A stretch of 64,000 bases of DNA from contig MU626284.1 of assembly GCA_025603075.1 (NCBI GenBank), positions 96,170 to 160,169 of the forward strand, written 5' to 3'. The notes beneath the pieces were generated by a model, which worked only from the letters and a program-made list of their open reading frames with translations, searched no databases and had not been told where the DNA came from. This document shows positions 22,697 through 36,011 of this stretch, piece after piece; within the stretch, counting starts at the first letter, position 1; each line of letters opens with the position of its first letter. The translations under genes and the position numbers were made by a program. Source of the DNA: Neoconidiobolus thromboides FSU 785. Its lineage: Eukaryota; Fungi; Entomophthoromycota.

Positions 22697-24391
22697 ATGG
22701 ATAATAACTCTACAAACTTAGAACAGTATAAACTGGATCAAATCAATCAAGTGGAATTAACTCCTTCAATTATAGATGAATTAAGATTTAATGAAGAACA
22801 AGAGATTAACCGTGAGATTGATTCCATAATACAACAGAAACCAAATAGTTTTCCAAAAGCTGTACCTTTTGTAACAATTAATGAATTTGGTGAACGCTTT
22901 TGTTATAATGGTATTAAGCCATTAGTATTTTTATTTTTAGCAAGAGTAGCTGGTTTAAAAAAAGAGAGTGCCAAAACTCAATTTCATGTTTGGGTTAGTT
23001 TGACCAATTTATTCCCACTAATTGGAGCTGCATTATCGGATAGCTACTTTGGGAAATATAATACAATTGTTGTTATGTCCATTATTTATCTTGTTGGTAC
23101 ATCGCTTTTATCCGTATTTTCTATTAATGATTTACTTTGGGATTATACTCAAAGCGAAGACAATTTTCCTTTGTGGACTATTTTATTTTCCCTTTATTTA
23201 ATTGGTATAGGAACAGGGGGTATTAAGCCATGTATTGCTTCTCATGGCGGTGATCAATTTCCACCATCTCATTATCATTTATTATCACGTTTCTTTTTAT
23301 TCTTTTTTTGGGCAGCCAATATCGGTTCCATGTTTGCAGGTATATTATCACCAATTATAAAAGATAATATCACATGTTTTGGTACTAAATGTTATTTTGC
23401 CTCCTTTGGATTATGTGCCATTGTATTAGCTATCTCACTTACCTTTTTTATATTTGGATCCCCATTTTATCGTGTGATACCACCACCTAAAGAATTTTTA
23501 CCCTGGAAAGCCATTAAAACAGCCATATCCGCTAGAAAGTTATGGAGTAAAGCACCAGCTAATGAAAAAGAATTATACGGTCATTGGCTTAATTTTGCAG
23601 ATGATTTAGTTGGTGCCCATTTTACTGAAGAAATTCGATTATTGGGTAAAGTAATTGTTATGTTTGTCCCATTTATATTTTTCTTTATTCTATTTGATCA
23701 ATATAATAGTGAATGGCAGCATCAAATTGAATTTATGGATCGTCGTATTGGGACCAACCTTACCTTTTCAACTGAACTTAGCAATTATTTTAATACAATA
23801 TTAATTATGTTTTTAATCCCACTTTTTAATTACATAATATACCCTTACCTTAGAAAAAAGAATATAAGTTTTAAATTATTAGATCGTATGGGCTTAGGTT
23901 ATTTACTTGTTTTGATCGCTTTTATTATTAGTAATATATTACAATATCAAGTTGATTATTATTATAACAATGTATCGCACTCAATTGTACCTGTAGCAGA
24001 TTTAGAAGTGACTTCATGTGATGGTTGTTTAACTTGGGTATGGCAAATACCACAATGGATTATCTTATCCCTTGGAGAAGCTTTAGTAATGCCAACTGCA
24101 TTTGAGTTTGCTTATTCTCAAGTAGGTACACAAATGAAAGCTAGTTCCTCTTCATTATGGTTATTATCAAGTGCTTTAGGAAATATCATCGTCTCAATAT
24201 TAGAAGCTATATTACAACAAGTAGATTTATATATACGATTATGGTTATATGTTGGATTATCAGCATTTGGATTTATAGTGTTTTTGTTATTGAAACGATA
24301 CTATTACGTTTATAAAGAAGATGAAATGGAAATATATGATGATGGTGAAGAAACATTTTCACCAAGTAATAATGATTTATCACAATCATGA
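22697..24391 (+). CDS. PTR2: Proton-dependent oligopeptide transporter (POT/PTR family)
   Basis: EFGERFCYNG (ExxERFxYYG variant), GTGGIKP, FFWAANIGS and EFAYSQ motifs, with many TM segments. Confidence 0.9.
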   Translation: MDNNSTNLEQYKLDQINQVELTPSIIDELRFNEEQEINREIDSIIQQKPNSFPKAVPFVTINEFGERFCYNGIKPLVFLFLARVAGLKKESAKTQFHVWVSLTNLFPLIGAALSDSYFGKYNTIVVMSIIYLVGTSLLSVFSINDLLWDYTQSEDNFPLWTILFSLYLIGIGTGGIKPCIASHGGDQFPPSHYHLLSRFFLFFFWAANIGSMFAGILSPIIKDNITCFGTKCYFASFGLCAIVLAISLTFFIFGSPFYRVIPPPKEFLPWKAIKTAISARKLWSKAPANEKELYGHWLNFADDLVGAHFTEEIRLLGKVIVMFVPFIFFFILFDQYNSEWQHQIEFMDRRIGTNLTFSTELSNYFNTILIMFLIPLFNYIIYPYLRKKNISFKLLDRMGLGYLLVLIAFIISNILQYQVDYYYNNVSHSIVPVADLEVTSCDGCLTWVWQIPQWIILSLGEALVMPTAFEFAYSQVGTQMKASSSSLWLLSSALGNIIVSILEAILQQVDLYIRLWLYVGLSAFGFIVFLLLKRYYYVYKEDEMEIYDDGEETFSPSNNDLSQS

Positions 24392-25013
24392 CATTGAAAA
24401 ATGGATTTTGAGTATTATTTATTATTTATGATCTATTGAAAAAATGAAATTGAATTAAGATTATATTGAATTTCATTGTTATTAAAAATTAAGTTAATAG
24501 TTTGACTTAAAGATTGAAATAGGAATGATTAATACATATAATCATTGATCGAAGTTTTTCTTTTAAAATGTAGTTTTTTTGTTTAATAAAAATTTTTGTC
24601 TTTTTTTATAGAGTTATTGTCTTCTATTAAGTTTGCTTATCAATTTTAATGTGAAATGGGATCTAATTAAACTAAAATAAGTTTTCTTAAATAATTTTTT
24701 GAAGAAAAGAAAAGCTGGTAAGTGGCTTCTTAAGAAACTTAATAGGATAATGATAATAGTCAAGATCTTAAGAAATCAATACTAGCTTTCATGTTAGAGC
24801 TAAGGCAAAGTTTAATAACTATCTACTTCATCAATCTAAGTTATTTTTGAAACTTAACTAAAACTAACTAGATTTATAAGACTATAATACAATGTCAATA
24901 AAAATTGGCCTAAAATTGAAGGCCTAACTTTAGATGTCAGTTTAACCTCAGCTAAAAAATTATTAAACAAAATTTGAATTTAAGCCTATTTGAATCCAAC
25001 TTTTAAATAATAT

Positions 25014-25076
25014 GGGAATGTGCTATTTTATTTAAAATTTTGCTACAATTTTTTCACTCACATAGCGCTTAAAAAA
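25014..25076 (-). mobile_element. MITE copy 7 (truncated)
   Basis: TAT-GGGAATGTG followed by core TTCACTCACATAGCGCTTAAAA. The other end is missing. Confidence 0.55.
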
Positions 25077-25892
25077 TATCACTATATTTGTAACAAATTT
25101 AAAATTTATTACTTTTAGTACAATAAAAGTTAAAGGATTTTCTCATAACTGTTGCGGCTCTTTTAGGACCTATCAAAAGCTTTTTTGAAAGAAAAAGATA
25201 TTAAAAGTTGCTCAAATATATCAATCAGGTTTTTAAAACCAATTGTGAAATTAAATTAGTTCTAAAAATTACTTGTAAAGAGATCATAAAAGAGATGGAA
25301 CAATTATATTGGAGGAATTTTTTAATATTTGAAACTAATTTTATTTTTTAAGCTTATTTCTACTTTTGAAATTCAATAATTGATAATCCCAACAATTTCA
25401 AGTTCAAACTTTAATGCAGCTAAAAAAGGGTAATAATAGCCCATTATAAAGTAGTATGAATATTCAAAATGATAATATCAGCTACTCATACTAATAGCTT
25501 TCACTTTATCTTTGGTCTTTCAAACCAACTACTTTATTTTATTATTATTTGAAAAAGATCCAAAATAGCAAATACCTAGTGTTGTCTAATAGCTTAAAAA
25601 TGAAATTCATTTTAATTGGTAAAAATTCCATTGAAGAACCAATGATTGAACTTAAATTTTGAATTTAAATACTTAAAAAGAAATACTCCGAAACTCATGA
25701 AACGTTGTTCAGTTTTATCAATTAAGTAAATGAGGATTAAGACTAATATTTTTTAAAGTTTGAAATCTAATATAAAACGTTATAAATTTACTAGTTAAAA
25801 CGTATTAATAAAATTCTATTTATTTTTGAATTTTTCTTTTATTTATATTTTTATATCTTTTTATCAAAAACAACCTATCATATAATTTAACC

Positions 25893-27434
25893 ATGATCCG
25901 TACTAATGTAAATTATTCTACTAATTTAACATCCAAATATTAACTTATTTCATTTAATTAGCGCGGACGTAGCAACACGATGAGTAAGAGTATACGTGCT
26001 GTTTTTGATTTAGAAGATTCTCAATTGAGTCTCAATTCCTCAAAAGAAAAAATAGTGACTTATTCTGAAATTAAAAAGCATTATTTTCAACAAAGTATCT
26101 CTTCAGAAATTGGAAATCCACCAGATATGTTAAGTGAAAACTCTTCATCCAGTGAAAGGGAATCTGATTTATCCACACCAAATGAATCTAACGATATTAA
26201 ATTAAATAATGGAGGGAAAGATCCAGCATATCAAAATGAACTTGAAAAGGCGATCCTAGAATCAGAAGGTTATTTAGTGTTATCAAGAGAAGACATTTAT
26301 AAAATAAAAACTGAATTGCTCAATTTAACTTCCCGCTCTCAATCTTTAACCGAACGTTATGAATTAGAAACCAAAGTACGAGATGCAGCTTTATCCTTAC
26401 GTCAACTTCATTCCAGTAATAAAAAAATGATGGACCAAGCAGAAGAACAATTAGAAAAAGCTAATGATAAATTAAATCAATTAATTTCGGAAATTTGGCA
26501 AGTTAAAAATCAAATTTGGTCATATCAAAAAAGATTGAGTCAACATCATGCAGCCATTCTCGTCCTCGAAGTCAAACGTAAGAATAAAGAAGACAATAGA
26601 AGTAATATGGCAGTTATATCAGAATCCTTTAGTAGAAAGAAAGAGAGAAGGGAAGATAATGGGTTAGAAAGAGCACTCTCTTTATTAGATAAGAAAGAAA
26701 AGTTAATATTAGAATTACAAAAGGAAAGAGAAGGATTCGATTATGAGAGTTTAAAAGAAGAAAATTTCAAATTAAAATTGGAAGTGGGAAGTAAGAAAGA
26801 AATTGAAAAACAATTAGCTATTGAAAGAGTAGAAAAGGAAGAAATGAGAAACAAATTAAAATTAACAGAAAAAGAAAATGAATTATTAATAAAATCGAAA
26901 GGAGAAGGAGAATTAATACAAAAATTAAAAGAATGTCAACAAGAAGTAGAAAAACATTATTCAAGAAATTTAAAAATAAACGAACAGTTAGCTGCTTTAT
27001 ATCATCAATTACCTAACTTTGAAGATGAAAAAGAAGAGAATCAACGATATAATTTTCAAAATTTTCTTCAAACAGTACAAAATTTAGTATTAGAAAATCA
27101 AGATTTAATTGATAAAATGTTAATATTACAAGATAGAAATAGTTTATTAGAAACTAAAATTCAAAATTATGATAATGAAATGAAAAATAAATTAAGTATT
27201 AACGAAGTGGAAGAATTATTATATGATATTGATAATGAATTAAATACAATTAAAATGGAAAATGAAAATTTAAAAAATCAAATGGAATTAGAAAAAAAAA
27301 ATCAATTAAAGATGAAAGATGAATGGACAAATGATAAACATATATTAAATAATCAATTAATTGAATTACAAAAAGAATTAGAAACAAAAGATTTATTATG
27401 TGTGAAATATCAACAAATATTAAATAATTTATAA
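25893..27434 (+). CDS. Coiled-coil protein with an Up-regulated-during-septation (Uds1-like) domain; exons 25893-25907, 25962-27434
   Basis: LSREDIYKIKTEL..LETKVRDAALSL..RLSQHHAAIL matches the recalled Uds1 domain pattern, followed by a long heptad-rich region. An in-frame 15-nt first exon and GT..AG intron lie upstream of the ORF-track ATG. Confidence 0.75.
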
Positions 27435-27630
27435 TATTGAAAAAGGAATTTTACAAATATTATTATTTTGCATTTTAAGCTCAAATTTATTTCGATAATG
27501 AAACTTCACTTCTTACTTATATAATATTATATCTTTATTCTTTATTTATTTATTTTCTATTTAATAATAATAAAAATCCAAATTTGTATTAAATTATTAA
27601 TTAATTAATTATTATATTTATAAAACAGCT

Positions 27631-27689
27631 AAATAAAATAAAAAATAAAAAATAAAAATAAAATAAAAAATAAAAAATAAAAATAAAAT

Positions 27690-27721
<32 letters not shown>

Positions 27722-27737
27722 TAAAATAAAAAATAAA
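27631..27737. repeat. (A4-6T)n simple-repeat tract
   Basis: About 105 bp of AAAAAT/AAAAAAT/AAAAT units between two convergent genes. Confidence 0.9.
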
Positions 27738-27769
27738 CTTCATTTTATTATTATTAAAAGAAAATTAAT

Positions 27770-28408
27770 TTAATTAAATAATCGATTCATTAATTCTTTT
27801 TTAAATTCAAATAATTTTTTAACTTCTAATACATTCACTTCAATCTTTAATTTTTTGTCTAAATAAATCAAGGGATAACAGAATCTTTTAATATTTTTGT
27901 TAGAAGGATACCATATTTTCCCACCTCTTCCATTAACCCAAGATTGATTTAAATATTCTCCAAAAATTAATAACTTTAATTTATTAATTCTTAATTGAAT
28001 TTCATATTGATATTGAATATCTAATTGCATTTGTTGAATTATATAATTAAATGATTTAACAGATCGATATTTTATAAAATATTTTAAGATGTCAAATGCT
28101 TGTGATAAATCATTAGTAATTGAAAATTGAGTTGCTAATAAATATGATTTTTGATCTTGAATTTTATTAAGATGTTGTTTTAATTTATTATTTAATTTTT
28201 GATTAATATATGTTTCTACTATATTTGTTATATATTGTATACTTTTATTATTTGATTTATCTTTAGATATAATAGTTGTTAAAAGTGTATGATTATTTTG
28301 TAACATGAGTTTATCTTGATAATTTTGATTTCTTAATTTATAACATTGATAAAATATTACAAATTGTTCAAGTTTTGTATATTGATTAAACCAAGTAGTC
28401 ATTGTTAA

Positions 28409-28452
<44 letters not shown>

Positions 28453-30889
28453 ATGATAATACAAATTGAATTAATTGATTAATATCACTAAAATAATCTT
28501 CATATTGTTGTTGACAATCTTTAATAAAATTAATCATTGGTGTTGTAAGTTGAAAATTATTGATATTAAACTTATATATTGGGAAATTATTAATATTATA
28601 CTCTTGTTGTTTATTAATATTAATATTAATATTATTAATGTTTTCCCAATTTATTACACCTTTATCATTAAATAATTCTACTTGATTTTTTAATTCATAC
28701 TTTTCCTTCCATTTATTAAACATATCCTCAATAATTAATGGATTAATATTAAAAATGCCCAAAGTATCACTAAAATATTTTAAATTAAATTGATTTTGAT
28801 TTAAACTATAACGAATATTTTCTTCAATTATAAAATCATAAATTTTATTAATAATAAATTTTAATTCTTTTTGAGTAATAATTGAATTGTATTTACTGAA
28901 TAATAATTGTATTAAAAATATTAAATAATTAAATATATTTTTATCAATAATATTTAAAGGCTCATTAATACATAAATCAATTTGATGTTTTAATTGATTT
29001 TGAATGTCTTGTTGATAATAATTTATAAAAATAAATTGACATGTATTAAATACTATTTTATACATTAACTGATTTTCTTTATTGCTATTATTAATCATTT
29101 TACTAATATAATTTGATAATATTAAAAATGGTATTGTTTTTAATTCCAACTCAATGTCTTTATTATTATTATTATTGTTAAAATATTGATTAATTTGTTG
29201 ATATTTATTAATGTACTCTTTTTGTTTTATTTGATTATTAAAGTAAATTGGTAGTATTAAGTTAATTTGATACTTTGATTGATCTTTAACAATAAGTTTG
29301 GATTTGTTTTTATTATTTTCTAATATATTAATAGTTTCATTAATAGGTATTAAATATGGACTAATATAATTAATAATAAATTTATTATTATTATTATATT
29401 TATTTTTAGTAACTCTTAAACTAATACCAATTAAATCATCACTATTATTATTATCTTTTATATTTGATATATCAATAATATTATTTAATACAATTACATT
29501 ATTTTTATATTGATTATTTTTATACTTTTCATTAACTAACTCATTTTGTTTTTGTAACTTAAACATTGTATTATTATCCATTGATGTTATCATTTCTTGA
29601 TTTATATTGTATTCTTGGATTTCTTTTATTGATTTATTTATAATCTTATTTATTGAATTATACCATTCTATTAATTCCTTATTCCTTAATTTGTCTTCAT
29701 TTACTAAATTCATTAACATCTTTTTGATATTATTATTTGACTGTTTAATTTCCCATAATTTATCTCTTATAAAATTAAGATTCAATTTATTAAGATTACC
29801 AGCTTTAAAATAAGTTTTTGCTAATTGTTTACCTATAACTGAAACTTGATTTAATAACTCATTAAGTTTATCTTTGTTAACTTCTTTATAACAATAATTC
29901 ATTACATCTCTTGTTATATTATTTAATTGAGTTAATTGAAATTCTGAATAAATTAAAAAATAATTTAAATTTTGTTCATTTAATGGAATTTCTTTAGCTT
30001 CAAATGAAGTTATTAAATATTCTTTTGATGAATATTGTTGAATTACAATATTCAATTGATTAATATTAATTTCATTTTTATTTATAATAACACATACTTT
30101 CCCTCTTTCATCAATTGTAATTGAATAATACTTTTCATTAAAAGTATCTTTTAACCATAAAGAAAAATAATTGAATTTAAAATAACTCTTTAATTCTTTC
30201 ATATTATGAACAATATTATCATCAATTTTAACAAATTGAGTATTTTCATTCTTTTTTTCAATATTATAATTAATTACATTAATTTCTACTCCTATTTTCA
30301 ATTGAATTAAATAAAACTTACATTGTTGTTTCATTTTATTAATCATTTCTTGATACATTAATTTCCATTCTTTAATTTCATAATTTACTAATTCATTAAT
30401 TACAATATAATCTTTATTACATAGAAATAAAAATAGTAAACAATTATTATTAATAATTTGTCTCATTTTATCAATTGTTAATTCCATTAAATTATTATTA
30501 TTATTTGAATTATTATTACTCTCCATTTCATCCCAATAATTAAAAAAAGTAGTCAATTCATTTTGATTCTTAAGATTAAATGTTACTATTTGATTATTAT
30601 TATCAATTTTAAAGATAATATGAATTGTATTAATATCTAAAATGAAGCTTATTAACCATTGTTTGATTTTTTGCTTTAAAAAATAATAAGTTGTTTGATC
30701 ATTTTCAAAGCTAATAATATCTAAGGTTATAATGATTGTACTGCAACTACTTTCAGATGTATTAATAAGGTTGAGTGACTTATTGACTTGCTCAAAAGGC
30801 AAATCAAGTTTAAAAAAAATCAAATCTTCCTCAGTGACATAATCAATTATTTTATTTTGATTTTCCATTTTTATTTCTTTTTTTTTCAA
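27770..30889 (-). CDS. 1039-aa N/I/K/Q-rich paralog (B) of the 12566-15748 protein
   Basis: Uninterrupted 3.1-kb ORF in very AT-rich DNA. Shared blocks with paralog A: DDLIGISLRV vs DCIGLGLLV, INLILPIY vs INAILPLY, LKTIPFLIL vs LKVIPFMVL, ILKYFIKYRSVKSFNY vs ILKYKIKYRSVRSFSY, WYPSNKNIKR vs WLPSNSNIRK. Confidence 0.85.
28403..28450. repeat. (AAT)n microsatellite encoding a poly-Asn tract
   Basis: TTA repeats on + encode NNNNNNNNNNNNNNN in the minus-strand ORF. Confidence 0.9.
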
Positions 30890-32458
30890 ATAACAGAAAT
30901 TAACTCAATTTATAGCTCTCTTCTATTAACAATGATAATCTCCTATACTCAATAATTTTATTTACTCTATTTACTGCGTAATAGAAACTGCGAACTTTGC
31001 TCAATTTGATAGTTTGTTTAAGTTTACTATTATAACTGATATATTATATTGTTCATTTATTGTCTGCGTTGCTAATTATTAATAATGAGTCATCTTTTTA
31101 GTATTGAAATTGAGCTTTATTTCTAAATGACAGTTTAATAAATGGTAAGATTGGAGAGAATTGTCATTTATTCAAAAAGAATTATTAGTTTTATTATAGT
31201 TATAATTATAAATGAAAAAATAAAATAATATAAAATAAACAAATTTAATTATTTAAAATCAATAATCAGTTTATTAATTTAGAGTATTAATGAATTTTGA
31301 GATGATATTCAATATTTTCTTCAAAAATTTAGAGTCAAGCTTAAAATTAAAGTCTAATAAAGAGTGACATTTTTAATTTTTAAGCCAAAAAAAACAAACA
31401 GCTTGAATTAAATTTAAAAAATAAGTAACTGTAATTGAATATTTTTCATAAACATAATCATAAAATTCAAGGCATCAAATTGAAAGTAACAAAAAAGCCC
31501 TAGATTCCAAGAAAGGATATTAAAAAGGAGTCCAAAGGAAAAAATAGAATTGAAAAGGATATATCAATAAGGAGTAATAGTAGAGAGAAAATAAACCAGA
31601 GTTTAAGTTTAACTAAAAAAAATAAGAAAAAAATACGATTTTAAACTATGCACACCTTTCTTTAACTACAGAAGAAAGTTAGGAAGAAATTCGATTCTAA
31701 AAACAAATTTTATTAGGTTCTAAAAGTTAATAAGTATATTGAATCTATATCAATAAAGGAAGAGATAGAAGAAAAGAGTAATATATTTTTTAAAAAAGTG
31801 TAACAAAATAAAAGGGATTGAAATTGATGATTTCTATATCAATAAAATATAAGGGATAAAAAAAGTAACTACTTATTTAAAGTACTAAAATTAATAACGG
31901 AATTGTTGTCTCTATTTGAGAGTTTTAATAAAAAAAACAAAGATTTAATATTTTAAGTAGTTTGAAAAATGAACTGGAAGAAATAACAAAATAATTTTTT
32001 CACATAGATTGTTGATTAAAATGAAAAGTACTTAATTAATCTCTTAATTTTAATTTAACAAAAGTTGAAATAGAGTATAATACTAAAGTATCAAAAATAT
32101 CATATAATTATTGCCCCCATTGATTAACGAAACTTGAAAAGATTAAATTATATTATTGAATTTATCAATTTAATCATGCAACTAATTTCCAATTATGGTA
32201 ATTTCATTAATAAAAAATAAGTTTGAATAATGTTTTGATAAATTAACAATTAAGACGGAGAAAATACATGATTTAAAAACTCAAAAATCGATTTATGCGG
32301 ACAAAAAAATTAATATAACAGAATCAATAGAACAAAATCTAATAATGAAGTATTTTAATTAATTTTATAAATTAATAAAGTATAAATATAAACTTACTTT
32401 TAGTTAATACAACACTCATAATTAACAACAAACAATAATCAAATCTTAGTAATAAAAG

Positions 32459-33777
32459 ATGAATTTTGACGATGTTGAAGTAGATAAAGTAACTATTTTT
32501 TTATAATAAGTCATCTTATCATAAATAATAAACTAATCTCTATTCTTATAGATGCAAGAAGTTAGTTTAGAAGAAAAGAAGCCATTAATGACTTCCTTAG
32601 ACAATTGTAGTACAGCTTATGATAATAGTGCTGGTAGTGGAGCTAGTCCATTAGATGGTTTCTTTCAACGAGTAGAAAAAATACAACAAGAGATAACGTA
32701 TTTTATTAATTTAACAGAGCAATTACGTACACTTCGAAGTTCTGAATTAGAACAAGGAGTATTAAATCAAAGTAATTAATAATATACTAATAGTCAATAA
32801 TGAGTTAAAAACTTTTTTATCAGAATCTAATTTATTGAGTAATAATCTAAAGGAACAGATGATGTCAATTAAAGAACATATTCGAGGTTTGTGGATATTA
32901 GTTTATTTTTTTAATAATAAAAATTAATAATAGATTATTAGATTTAATACAATATTGTAATAAATCATACGTTGAACATGGAGATCATCAAATTAGAAAG
33001 ATACAAGTGAGATTTTCAATAATTATTAAAGTTGAAATTTTTATTAAATTAATTATATAGGTTGATGCTTTAAAAAAACGATTTTTAAAAGGAATTGAAG
33101 ATCAACAAAAATTAGAAACTCAATTTCAAAAGGATATGAAAGAAAGAATCGTTCGTCAATTTGCTATTAGTAAGTTTTAATATTTTATTTTATTTTTTGA
33201 AAGCAATTTATTATTGATTAGCTAATCCAGATGCCAATCCAGATGAAATTGAAGCTGCAGTTACAAATAACGACACTACTTTTTTTTCATCAGCAGTAAT
33301 ATAGATAGTTTTAAAAAATATTCAAATATAAAAAAATTAATTTTTATAAAAGGTATTAAACTCAACTCGAAAAGATAGTGGTAAAAATGCATTAGAAGAA
33401 GTTAAAGAACGTCATCAAGATATATTAATGATTGATAAAAGTATAACGGTAAAGATAATTAAATAAATTAGTTGAAATGTTTAATCAAATTGAGTAATAT
33501 TGAATTTGTTTTTTAGGAATTAAGACAAATTTATGAGTCCATGGCAACAATGATTGAATTACAAGATCCTATTCTTGATAATGTTGAAAAAAATGTAGGT
33601 TCTACAAATGAACATTTAGAATCGGCTCAAGTAGAACTTGGACATGCAACTGATCATGCTAAAGCCTCACGTAAAAAAAAATTCTTTTTAATGTTCTTGG
33701 GTTTAGCTGTACTTACATTTTTAATCATTGGCATTACTGTTTTCATTTATTTCCAAGCAACTAAAAAACAAGGTTGA
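32459..33777 (+). CDS. Plasma-membrane syntaxin (Sso1/2-type Qa-SNARE), 8 exons
   Basis: The spliced product has Habc helices, VRQFAITNPDA, SNARE motif ALEEVKERHQDILMIDKSITELRQIYESMATMIELQDPILDNVE and a C-terminal TM. Inferred exons: 32459-32488, 32552-32771, 32794-32886, 32942-33006, 33061-33169, 33222-33295, 33353-33448, 33517-33777. Confidence 0.88.
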
Positions 33778-34171
33778 TGTTTATTTGAAGTTACTAAAAA
33801 ATAGCATTGTATTCTTTGAAGCTACTCTTGTTCATCTTTGTATAGTCCCACTTCTTTTACTCCTTTCTTTATATAAAAAATCGATTTTTCTTAACAGATT
33901 TGTAATAAATTTTTTTAATGTCTTTTATTAGTTTGAATTTATTTACTTAATATTTAACTATCTTAACTATATTAGATTTGTTTAATGTTGTTATAAAATA
34001 AAATAAATAATAAATAATAAATAATAAATAGTATATTATAAATAAAAAAAAGTCAATTAAATAATAATAAAACAAAAAAAAGTATTAAATTATTAATATT
34101 TAATAAAACTCTTAATATTAAAATAATCTAATCTATAAAATGATAAATAAAAAAGAAAGCTATATCTATAC

Positions 34172-36011
34172 TTATTTTTCGGAATACAACACCACTTTTT
34201 CCTTAATAGTTTTTGGTTTCTTATCCTTATTTTTATCTTCTTTAGCTTGAGTAGCATTACGAATATTCTTTTGATTATTGAGTCTATTAACTTCCTTAAT
34301 ATGTCTCGATTCCAACATAATAGCTTTAGTACGAGTAGTTGTTTTAATATTTTGTGGTATGATACGATGACTAATTTAAAAAAAGATGATTAATTTATAT
34401 TGATATAACATATTTTCATTAGAACTTACTTTGCAATCTTTCGAACTTCTGGTATATGGGCATATTTATCTTTGACTTTTTCACTGTACTCCAAATGGGA
34501 TCTTTCTCGGTTATTACGCTATTAATATTAAAAATTAAACGAAACTAATTTAATCTATCAATTGATACTTACCACACCAAGTTTTTCAGCCGCATTCGAT
34601 TTCCAAAGACGAATATTAGTATCATCAGAACCTGATAAAACAAATCGTCCATCCATGGAATATTTAACAGTAAATACTCTAAATTTTAATTAAAATTCAA
34701 AAATACAACAAATAAAAAATAAAAATACCTTTGCATACGTTTAGTATGATAAACATCTCTTGATTTAGGTTTACCTACAGTAAATATACGCACTGTACGA
34801 TCATAAGAACCAGAAACAATTTGTCTACCAGTAGGATCAAAATCGACATCCATAACCGCTGATACATGATCTCTGAAACAAGATACAGCTTTATTCATTT
34901 TACGCATATCAAATAAATATAAATTATGATCCTCATTACCAACTACAAAATTATATGCTTCCATTGGATTCCAGCATAATGCATTTGATTTTAATTGTAA
35001 ATAGGTTTTACTCAATGGTGAATTACTACGAATATCATATAATGTAATTGCCCTATCTGTCCCACAACTAGCTACTATATTTCTTTCTGTTTTATTGAAT
35101 TTGACAGTATTAATTGTATCTGCTCCCCATTCAAATGTTGATATAGGTTCAGACCTATTTACTTTAATTTAATAATAATCTTTTATATTTTTAATTGTTA
35201 TTGTTTACCTATTAATATCCCAAATATTAATTATTGATCCTGAAGTAGCAAACTTGGGTTCCGATATATGGTGATCAACACCGCTATAAAATGATAAATT
35301 AAATCTAAAATAATTAAAGAAATCTTACGTAAATGCTGACTTTCCTTGATAAGTATATAAAGGCTTTATAAATAATATATTAATAAAAGATAATTAAGCT
35401 ATAAATTAGTTATTACTGTGCTTGAGTCTTCACTATTTACATCCCAAATTTTAGCTACTTTATCATGGCCTACTGAAATAAATTTATTATCTTCAGGTAA
35501 AATACATACTCCTTTAACAATCCCATTATGTGCTGTTGTATTGAAGAAACAAGATCTATGATTAATTAATTAATTAATTCCGTTATTTCCAATATTCCAT
35601 ACCTTTCATTTAACCTCCAAGCACGTACCTCTATAAAAGTTATTAGTCCATTATTTAACAAAAAAGCACGAAATTCAAAAATTACCTCCATCTCCGGACC
35701 CAGAAACAATGGTCTGTAAATTTTTGTAATGCTTTGATAAACAATAAACACCATCAGCATGTCCATCTAAACTAGCAATAAAGGGTTTAGCAAACATACG
35801 TTCTAATTTGGTAGCGTTCAAAGCACGAGTATATTCTCTACTTTTTTCAAATGGGTGTAAAATGGGATCATAATTTCGTTGCATTTTATGAATGTCCGTT
35901 GGACGTTCACGTTTATATTTACTATCACTACGATCAATTACTTTTACTTTCTATTATTAATTTTATTATTATGTTTTGTTTGAATGAATTAATGAAAGAT
36001 TAGATTACCAT
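34172..36011 (-). CDS. SOF1: SOF1/DCAF13, WD40 U3 snoRNP (SSU processome) protein, multi-exon
   Basis: RNYDPILHPFEKSREYTRALNATKLERMFAKPFIASLDGHADGV, SAVMDVDFDPTGRQIVSGSYDRTVRIF and RDVYHTKRMQR. The first exon is the ATG alone (36011-36009). Confidence 0.95.

Noticed and set aside
27631-27737. A-rich tract as the poly(A) tail of a retrocopied paralog B
   Set aside because: The orientation is wrong: on the gene's (minus) strand the tract is T-rich, so it is not a retroposition tail.
28475-29813. Small + strand ORFs 28475-28675 and 29607-29813
   Set aside because: Antisense shadows of the 1039-aa ORF.
33728-33931. 67-aa + strand ORF overlapping the syntaxin end
   Set aside because: An alternative-frame TTG-start ORF running into the 3' UTR, with no support.
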